13,602 bases of DNA from Candidatus Methylomirabilota bacterium (lineage in GTDB: Bacteria > Methylomirabilota > Methylomirabilia > Rokubacteriales > CSP1-6), in the NCBI GenBank assembly GCA_046726415.1, contig JBKPAK010000185.1, positions 1 through 13,602 of the forward strand, written 5' to 3'. The translations under genes and the position numbers were made by a program. The notes beneath the pieces were generated by a model that did no database searches, was not told the DNA's origin, and was given only the letters and a program-made list of their open reading frames with translations. Every line of letters begins with the position of its first letter. Position 1 is the first letter of the stretch. This document shows, piece after piece, positions 7,300 to 13,602 of this stretch.

Positions 7300-7869
7300 C
7301 GGCCGCGCTTGGCTCAGCACCCGAGGCACGATGGTCAGTAACCGACGTGCCGTTGCGATCTTGGCCGGGTTCGGCCCCTTTCGGTGCCGGCGCCGCTCGT
7401 AGTCGGCGCGCAGCTCCCGATCCGTCTTCACTGCGGGGCGCACGGCTTTCAACCAACGCCCAGCGGAGCCACCTGTTCCCCTGCTTTGTGAGGCGCCCGT
7501 GAAAGACCCTGCCCCCGGACGCATAGACGGCCGGTACGAGGCCAGCATATCCGCACAGGTTTGCGGGGCGGGCAAACCGGGTGACGTCGCCGAGCTCGTT
7601 CACGATGCGTACGGCGAAGAACGGCCCGATACCCGGGATGCTACGGACCCAGCGTACGCGCTCATCCCCGCTCCCGAGCCGGCGCACGAGCCGGTCGCTC
7701 TGCCGGACCCGCGCCCGGACGGCTTCGAGCAGGATCATCTCGCTGTCAACAGCTGCCGTTCCGCGGGCGATAGCGGAACGGCCTGGAGCCAAGCCCAACC
7801 CGCCTGGCCAAAGAGATCCGTCCACTGCCCAGCCTGCTCCCGGATCTCCGGCTGACGATCGATTAGCGC
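7300..7869 (-). pseudogene. IS110-family transposase, C-terminal half, frameshifted
   Basis: ALIDRQ..TDLFGQAGWAWL / SIPGIGPFFAVRIVNELGDVTRF..LCGYAGLVPAVYASGG..HGRLTKQGNRWLRWALVE / AVRPAVK..KGPNPAKIATARRLLTIV. Frameshifts near 7750 and 7447; DEDD RuvC domain absent. Confidence 0.92.
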
Positions 7870-8081
7870 CGACGAGCCTCTGGCTTCAGAGCGCAACGCC
7901 GATTTTCCCCGAGGTGTTGGGGATGGCACGGGAACCCCCGCGTTGCGGGCTGAGGAAGGCACACGTAGGCTGAGCCCATGCCGGGCACACGCTGCGCACC
8001 CCGAAGTCTCCCAACATCCACCCTGCTGTGCCCCCACCGCTCGTTAGAGACTTCGGCGCCCGCGGCGCACGCTGGCAGAGG

Positions 8082-8618
8082 TCAGCGGGCGAAGGCGCAG
8101 ATCGCCCAAACGAACAGGGCGTAGGGCCCATCATGCGTCGCTCGCGCCGCCCATCCGATCGGCGGGACATCTTCTGTGAACGCCGTACCGTAGGGATGGG
8201 TACCGATCAGGATTCGATCGCTGAACTGGCCCCCCTCGTTGATCCACACGCCGCCCCCGAGTGGCACCTTCCCAGCAGGACACGGGACCCTGTGGAAGGC
8301 GTCTCCGTCCGCCGCAATGAACTCCACGACCACTTCGTAGCCGCTGACGCCGCTCGCCCCTGCTGGCCCGGGAGGCCCTGGAACACCCTGGGGCCCCTGC
8401 GGTCCAGGTTGCCCTGCGGCGTTCCAAGACACCTCGGTCTCGTTGTTCTTACACTGTCCGGCACCGGAGGCCAAACGGAGGTCGCCGCCATTATTCTTGG
8501 CGCACGCGTAGATCTGCTGCGCCGCCGCTTCCGTCCCGAGGCCGAGAACTGCCAGGACCAAGGCACCAGCTAGAGCACTCACGAACCACTGTTCACTCCC
8601 GATGCTTCGATGACTCAT
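8082..8618 (-). CDS. exported collagen-like protein (178 aa)
   Basis: SD GGAGGAG before ATG 8618; signal peptide ending AAA-Q; IYAC..G.LRL..C..NETEVSWN module; ~8 Gly-X-Y triplets; C-terminal SGYEVV..CPAGK..LGGG..GW..VWAICA domain. Confidence 0.88.
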   Translation of the reverse strand: MSHRSIGSEQWFVSALAGALVLAVLGLGTEAAAQQIYACAKNNGGDLRLASGAGQCKNNETEVSWNAAGQPGPQGPQGVPGPPGPAGASGVSGYEVVVEFIAADGDAFHRVPCPAGKVPLGGGVWINEGGQFSDRILIGTHPYGTAFTEDVPPIGWAARATHDGPYALFVWAICAFAR

Positions 8619-8920
8619 GCCGACTCCTCCATCAAGTGACCTAGCGCACGAGCCAGCCGTGCGCCTTCGTGTGGCGGTGGTCAAGAGCAAGGCTCGGGCC
8701 ACGCTAGGGAGGACAGCCAAGTAAAGATGGAATCGAGCGCTTGGTGCTGTCAGACAGGCGCGCGGGTTCACTCGATTCGTGCAATTCGCACGGTGGCGAG
8801 GCGCCAAGGTCGCGTTGAGGCAGTGTGTTTCTCGAACATATCGTCCGGGGCCTCGGCGCCTCGGCTACCATCCGGACATGCCAAACCATCCAGAACCCAA
8901 AGCCACCAACACCAGCCGAG

Positions 8921-9222
8921 ATGCGCCCCGCTGGTTGCTGCCGGCCCCGACGATCGCCTCACTCGGCGATGACGTCCCAGAGCGCCGCATGCTCTGCGCC
9001 TGGCTCGACTCCTGGTCCGGCTCGCGTGAGGTGATCGACGCGATGAACGCCCACGGCTATGACGCCCGGCTCAGGCAATCGCCTTTCGGTTGGTGGGCGG
9101 AGTTCTGCGCTCCCGAGTCAGCACTCTCCCGAAGTGGCTCGGCCAAGGCCACGACGCCGAGCCAGGGAGGGCGGTTCGGTTCCGCGACGCTGGATGCACT
9201 CAGGCGGGATAGGGTCGAGTGA
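8921..9222 (+). pseudogene. degenerate hypothetical protein (WLDSWSG family), copy 1
   Basis: PERRMLCAWLDSWSGSREVIDAMNAHGYDARLRQSPFGWWAEFC, then an alternate frame gives SRVSTLPKWLGQGHDAEPGRAVR, returning to TLDALRR. The start is uncertain. Confidence 0.55.
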
Positions 9223-9315
9223 GCCGCACGGTGGCTAAGCGCCCATCCTCACGCACAACCGACCAGCCCGAGCTGGCGTTCTCACCGAAGAAGGCCTCTA
9301 ATCTCGGCGGAGGAG

Positions 9316-9498
9316 GTGGCACGGAAGGCGGTCGAGCGCCGGCCGACCACACCATCCGGGCGGGTCAGCTACAAGTTCACGGTTGCGCTGCCTCGCGACC
9401 TGGCCGAGAGGCTCACGGCCCGTGCCATCCGCGAGGGGAAGAGCCTCGAAGGGCTCGTTGCGGAAATCCTCGAGGCGGAGGCGCGGCGACGCGGGTGA
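9316..9498 (+). CDS. ribbon-helix-helix (CopG/Arc-like) DNA-binding protein
   Basis: Alternating strand YKFTVALP, helix RDLAERLTARAIREG, turn KS, helix LEGLVAEILE. Confidence 0.78.
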   Translation: MARKAVERRPTTPSGRVSYKFTVALPRDLAERLTARAIREGKSLEGLVAEILEAEARRRG

Positions 9499-9547
9499 CA
9501 TTTCGTTCCGCATCGGGCTGACTCCCTCGCGAGCCCGACCCGGTCAC

Positions 9548-9683
9548 CGCCTGAATCAGGCTGATGGTCTTGGGCCGAGTTTGCCGGGACGAGGTCAACC
9601 CGCTGCCCAAATGGAATCGGGAGGGCCGTTACGCAACACCCTGGCAGGCCGTGCAGCGGGCGGCGCCGGACACGTTGCGGCCG
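9548..9683 (+). pseudogene. second, partial copy of the same hypothetical family (C-terminal part)
   Basis: RLNQADG / WAEF / CRDEVNPLPKWNREGRYATPWQAVQRAAPDTLR aligns with copy 1 (WAEFC..LPKW..P.RAV..D.LR). Confidence 0.55.
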
Positions 9684-10471
9684 ACCGACGGCGACCGTGG
9701 CGGAGCGGCTCACGTGTGGTCGGCTCCCGCAGGATCGCGGCCCAGCGCTCACCCGAATCCACGTCGCTGAGTTCCTTCACGGTCCATCACGGCGGTGGTC
9801 ATAGCAATGGATGCCTCCAAGGCCGGCAGGTCGGCGTGAGCGACGTCGCAGTCCCGGAAAGGATGTGCTCTGCCCACCGGGTGACCATGACCACCCATCT
9901 CGGTGGTCACGATGCCGATGTCGGTGACCACGATCGACCGTCCGGGTGCCCACGATGCGCCGATCTACCCGCCCACGATCGGCCGAAATGCGCACCTGTG
10001 TGCGCTGTGCCTACGGCTCCTGAGAGGGAGAACGTCCGAGTACCGAGCGTTACTACGCTTAATGCGGACTACGCTCTCCGGGAAAAAGGCGAAGGAGGTT
10101 TGTCATGACACTTCCTGACGGGCAAGGGCCGCACCTGGACCCGGATGTATCGCTTGCTCTCGGAGAGCGAAGTGGTTCATCGTTCGGTTCGAGCCTTTCA
10201 TGCGAGATGTCGTGAGTCTCACTTTTTCTCTCGCCTCGCCCAGCACCACGGAGGCCGAGGCGTTGTTGCACCGCTGGGAACCGGCGTCACCACGCTCAGG
10301 CCCTAGCTCTGTGGCGGTGCCTGGCGGCGCGCGCCCACACGGCGCTAGGGATCGTGTAGCGATCGGGCGGTTGAGGCCGGTTCTCAGGTACCATCGTGAG
10401 GATCGTTCATCTGCTGAAACCGCTGGCTCTGGCCAGGAACTGGGTAGAACCGGCGCGTCGGGAGGTCCCAG

Positions 10472-10825
10472 ATGAGGTGTCCCCGGTGCCAGCACGAGAA
10501 CCGTGAGGGCCGCCGCTTCTGCTCGAGGTGTGGGGCCGGCTTGACTGGCGTCTGTCCGCCATGCGACTTCACCAACGAGCCGGGCGACGAGTTCTGTGGA
10601 GGATGTGGCGCTCGTCTTGGCGCTGAGCAGCCTGCCCAAACAAAGTTCACCTCCCCTGACATCTACACCCCCAGGCACCTCGCCGAGAAGATCCTCACCT
10701 CCAAGGCCGCCCTGGAGGGCGAGCGGTAAGCAGGTCACCGTCCTCTTCCCCGACCTGAAGGGCTCGATGGAGCTGCTCGCCGACCGGGATCCGGAGAAGC
10801 ACGGCGGATCCTGGATCCGGTGTTG
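10472..10825 (+). pseudogene. double zinc ribbon + adenylate/guanylate cyclase protein, frameshifted and truncated
   Basis: SD GGGAGG; four CxxC pairs; YTPRHLAEKILTSKAALEGER, +1 insertion, KQVTVLFPDLKGSMELLADRDPE, frameshift, ARRILDPVL, then abrupt loss of similarity. Confidence 0.92.
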
Positions 10826-10865
10826 CCGCCCGGGTCCTGCGGCCGAAGGGGAGTCTGTGTTTCTT

Positions 10866-11981
10866 ATGCGCTGGCGGTGGTGGAAACGAACTAGACCCGC
10901 GAGGGCCTTTTTGTCTATGGCATCCACCACAGTCCTCACCTCAATTTTGTTGCTCTTTATATTCAGCGCCGGCCAGCTGGCGCATGCCAACGGCCCGAAG
11001 GGTCAGGTGGTGCTGGCCAGCGGTGATCTGCGCCGCGATGTCTTCGATCGGATCAGATATTTTCAGCCGGGGACGGATCGTTACCACATCCCGTCGCAGG
11101 AAGACCTCGACACCTTTCGCCAAGCGGCCATTGCCACACTGCGGGGTGATCTCGAGATGGCCGCCCGCCTGCTACCTGAACCGTACAAAGCCGTCATCTT
11201 CACCGATACTTCGACAAAAAAGCAGAAGCCCTCCAAGATTTACCATCTGCTGATCGAAGCCGATGTGACGCCGACCGGAATCATACCGCGGCAGGTCCAG
11301 GATCTGGTCCACGGCTGGGGCACTTACTTCTTCGATCCGCAACCAGTGCGCGAACTGGCCATCGAATCTCCGCATCCGCAAGACGATCGCTTCACCGAAA
11401 CGCAAGGCTTCGAAATTTTCACCCAGCTCGCCGCTCGCAGCTTTCTTCTCGCTGGCTCGCGCCGCTGCGCAAGCGCGACCGCGACCTCCTGCACTAATCC
11501 CGGCTTCGGAGGGTGTGGGCCGATAACGTCCGTCGCGGACGCGGCCCACGGCGGCTTCGGTGCGGGCCGTGTGAACGCCTTTCAGGTTGTCCACGAGGAA
11601 GTCGTCAGAACTTTGCCGAACACGATCACGATTCAGCTTCACGGCAACATACAATGTTCGAACCTGGATGTCTTTCTCAGCAACTCGGGGAGTGGTCGGA
11701 CCGTGCTACCTGGTGGCAACATCGCCCGCCTGAGAAAGAACCTTGTCGCGCGCAAACTCATCGTCGGGCTGTGCGGGCAGAGCACGTGCACTCTGTGCGG
11801 GACGACTAGCGTCCAGGGTCGCTGGACCAATGGCTCACGGACCAATCCCTGCAACGTCGCGCGGTCCGTACCCCAGATCGAGCGGTTCATCCATGTCGAG
11901 CAGAATGACCGAATGCGCCGGCAGCCAGAAAACCGTGAGAAACTGATCGACGCGATCGCGGCCACCAAGTTTATTCGGTAG
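10866..11981 (+). CDS. exported Cys-rich putative Zn-dependent amidohydrolase (PghP / N-formylglutamate amidohydrolase-like motifs)
   Basis: Basic n-region, hydrophobic h-region and AHA-N cleavage site; motifs GWGTY, IESPHPQDD, DAAH, IQLHG, GTTSVQGR, FIHVEQ. Alternative start 10917. Confidence 0.75.
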   Translation: MRWRWWKRTRPARAFLSMASTTVLTSILLLFIFSAGQLAHANGPKGQVVLASGDLRRDVFDRIRYFQPGTDRYHIPSQEDLDTFRQAAIATLRGDLEMAARLLPEPYKAVIFTDTSTKKQKPSKIYHLLIEADVTPTGIIPRQVQDLVHGWGTYFFDPQPVRELAIESPHPQDDRFTETQGFEIFTQLAARSFLLAGSRRCASATATSCTNPGFGGCGPITSVADAAHGGFGAGRVNAFQVVHEEVVRTLPNTITIQLHGNIQCSNLDVFLSNSGSGRTVLPGGNIARLRKNLVARKLIVGLCGQSTCTLCGTTSVQGRWTNGSRTNPCNVARSVPQIERFIHVEQNDRMRRQPENREKLIDAIAATKFIR

Positions 11982-12043
11982 CCCGTAAGGGCTCCGTTAC
12001 CACAGGATGCCTGGACATCAGCCAGGATAGAGAGCGCGCCTAG

Positions 12044-12827
12044 GTTTCCTCCGCGTGGGTTAGATCCTCATTCAACACTAAACCAGGAATGACGGTCCTC
12101 ACTCGGGATGGTACATCGGTGTTCGTAGCCGATCGAGACGGTGAAAACGTTCTGATTATTGATCTAGAGACGGAAACGGTCAGTAATATTGTTGCCGTAG
12201 GATCGACCCTGAGCGAAACCTATCCCCAAGGAGTCTCCCTCCCCGACTCCCCCTTCATCAGCGTCTTTGAAGAAAGCGACGAAATCGGCGGTCGGGGTGC
12301 CCCCCATGGCCGTTTCACCCGATGGACGCTTCTTGTATATAGGTCCTACTCGGGCCGATGAAGCAGGACAGCGCACACCGTTAGCTGTTCTAAGATTGGC
12401 TGATAACGCATTAACGGTGATCAGCGGGGAAGGAATTCGCTTCCCGATCTGTGTAGAACCGAACCCTCTGCATTCCGAGCTCTACGTTTCGGGAATCGAT
12501 GAAACGGTCGTCGTGAATCTTATCACGCACGCAGTAAGCCACAGCCTTGGTCCTGGCCGGTTGACCGGACTCAAAGTCGCCCCTAATGGGGAATGGGCGG
12601 CCGGCGTCGATGTATTCTATGAGAAGATCTTCGTTTATGATCTCCACAAGAAAGAGATCCAAAAGATTCCTTTTGCCGGACTAGCCCAGGAAGATGAGGA
12701 GTTTGACAAGGTACCAGTGTTAGTAGATGCCTCTTCCCAAGTGGCGGTCGTCGCCGATATACCAGCAAACCAAGTGGTTGTACTGAAAGTGGACCGGCCT
12801 AAGAAGAGAAACGGGATCGGACTCTGA
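12044..12827 (+). pseudogene. YVTN/YncE-type beta-propeller, probably 5'-truncated, split by a frameshift
   Basis: Blades LTRDGTSVFVAD..VLIID, AVSPDGRFLYI, VAPNGEWAA..IFVYD. ORFs 12089-12361 and 12267-12827 join if one C is removed from C6 at 12300-12305. Confidence 0.75.
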
Positions 12828-12835
12828 AGTATTCC

Positions 12836-12976
12836 ACATAAGTCCAGCGACTCATTCCGCTCCCTGATCTGCTCCCACACCTTCACGCCGTACTTGTTGT
12901 GCCTCGTCACCAAACGTTCGGCCCGCAGCTCGGCGAAGAACTCCTCGCCGCAGTCGTCGGCGTCCAGCCACCTCAG
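12836..12976 (-). pseudogene. phage terminase large subunit (lambda gpA-type) C-terminal fragment
   Basis: LRWLDADDCGEEFFAELRAERLVTRHNKYGVKVWEQIRERNESLDLC matches the gpA nuclease tail (F.QL.AE....W......RNEaLDC). Confidence 0.82.
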
Positions 12977-13009
12977 TCCCGCGCTTGCAGCGAGTGCTCG
13001 TCGACCATC

Positions 13010-13387
13010 TCAACGTCCACTCCTTCGGATCTCGGCCACGTCACCATCGACGGTGAGCTTTACCAACGTGATCATTTGCAATGCTTCTCTCGTCGTTCCT
13101 GCAGTGGCCCGGACACCAAACAGCTCCCTCGTCGTCCACACTCGCCCGCGGTTGACTCCCTCGCGACCGACCATGCTCGCGTCCCGCTCCTCCGGCACAA
13201 ACCAGAGGGTGACGTCGAGCCAGGGAACGCGGACCTCCAGAAGCGGGCCCTCCCGGGCGAACTGGTCGAGCGGCATGGCGAGAATTGTTTCGAGGTGATA
13301 ATTCTGGATGACCGCCCCTCCACCACGGACGGTGCCCGCAACGAGTCTCTGGGCGAGCGCGTCAAGCGTGAGCCCTGGGCCGCCCAT
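13010..13387 (-). CDS. phage/satellite-associated hypothetical protein (start uncertain, possibly degenerate)
   Basis: Protein-like core LEVRVPWLDVTLWFVP..GVNRGRVWTTREL..KLTVDGDVAEI; lies between iteron-like repeats and the terminase fragment, on the same strand. Confidence 0.55.
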   Translation of the reverse strand: MGGPGLTLDALAQRLVAGTVRGGGAVIQNYHLETILAMPLDQFAREGPLLEVRVPWLDVTLWFVPEERDASMVGREGVNRGRVWTTRELFGVRATAGTTREALQMITLVKLTVDGDVAEIRRSGR

Positions 13388-13420
13388 TGATGTACGCTTC
13401 GCCCTCGTTCCTTCCGCGGT

Positions 13421-13550
13421 GCGTTGACACGTTAACTATCCCTTTGTTCTTGGTTGCTTACAACGCACGTCGTGCCAGCGTGTCAACGCTTCGCGAAAAT
13501 TGCGTAAATGCCCGTCGCCATAGCGTTTGCAACGCTTGTCAACGCTTGTC
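13421..13550. repeat. iteron-like repeat cluster (core CAACGC)
   Basis: AACGCTTGTC x2 tandem (13531-13550); CGTGTCAACGC (13479-13489) with perfect inverted copy GCGTTGACACG (13421-13431); CAACGC at 13461; AT-richer spacers. Confidence 0.75.
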
Positions 13551-13602
13551 ACGGATTTCTGATACCGGGGCCGCGCCCACGCCTTCAAGCGCCCCCGGGG
13601 TG

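Noticed and set aside
6722-7825. 367-aa ORF as an intact IS110 transposase
   Set aside because: Only ~100 aa are transposase; the rest is out-of-frame read-through and the RuvC domain is missing.
7890-8040. Possible recombinase zinc-ribbon remnant (CAFLSPQRGGSRAIPNT)
   Set aside because: Too degenerate; required cysteines are missing.
9280-9290. 11-bp inverted match to 2640-2650 (TCTCACCGAAG)
   Set aside because: Matches of this length are expected by chance in 13.6 kb.
10596-10865. N-terminal extension giving a 461-aa cyclase-hydrolase fusion
   Set aside because: Accidental in-frame read-through of cyclase pseudogene debris; the signal peptide starts at 10866 or 10917.

Overview
GC-rich bacterial DNA. 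Several fragments resemble families I associate with Ca. Rokubacteria/Methylomirabilota, which is an inference. The first ~1.85 kb looks like ordinary chromosome: the 3' end of a ZAS (HxxxCxxC) anti-sigma factor, a small Cys-motif protein and an exported di-heme cytochrome c. From ~1870 to the end is a mosaic accessory region. Decayed mobile-element pieces (serine recombinase N-terminus, excisionase, IS3 and IS110 fragments, lambda gpA-like terminase fragment, DUF3631-like tail with iteron-like repeats) and other broken genes (zinc-ribbon cyclase, beta-propeller) alternate with intact cargo genes: a tannase/feruloyl esterase, a collagen-like exported protein, an RHH regulator and a putative Zn-hydrolase. 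The best candidate for an undescribed system is a minus-strand three-gene operon at 2825-4597. It encodes a putative G1-like glutamic peptidase whose 80-aa C-terminal domain is also encoded as a free-standing protein by the next gene (62/80 identical, no gaps, many synonymous differences), followed by a 74-aa partner. All family assignments come from motif recognition by eye, not database searches.
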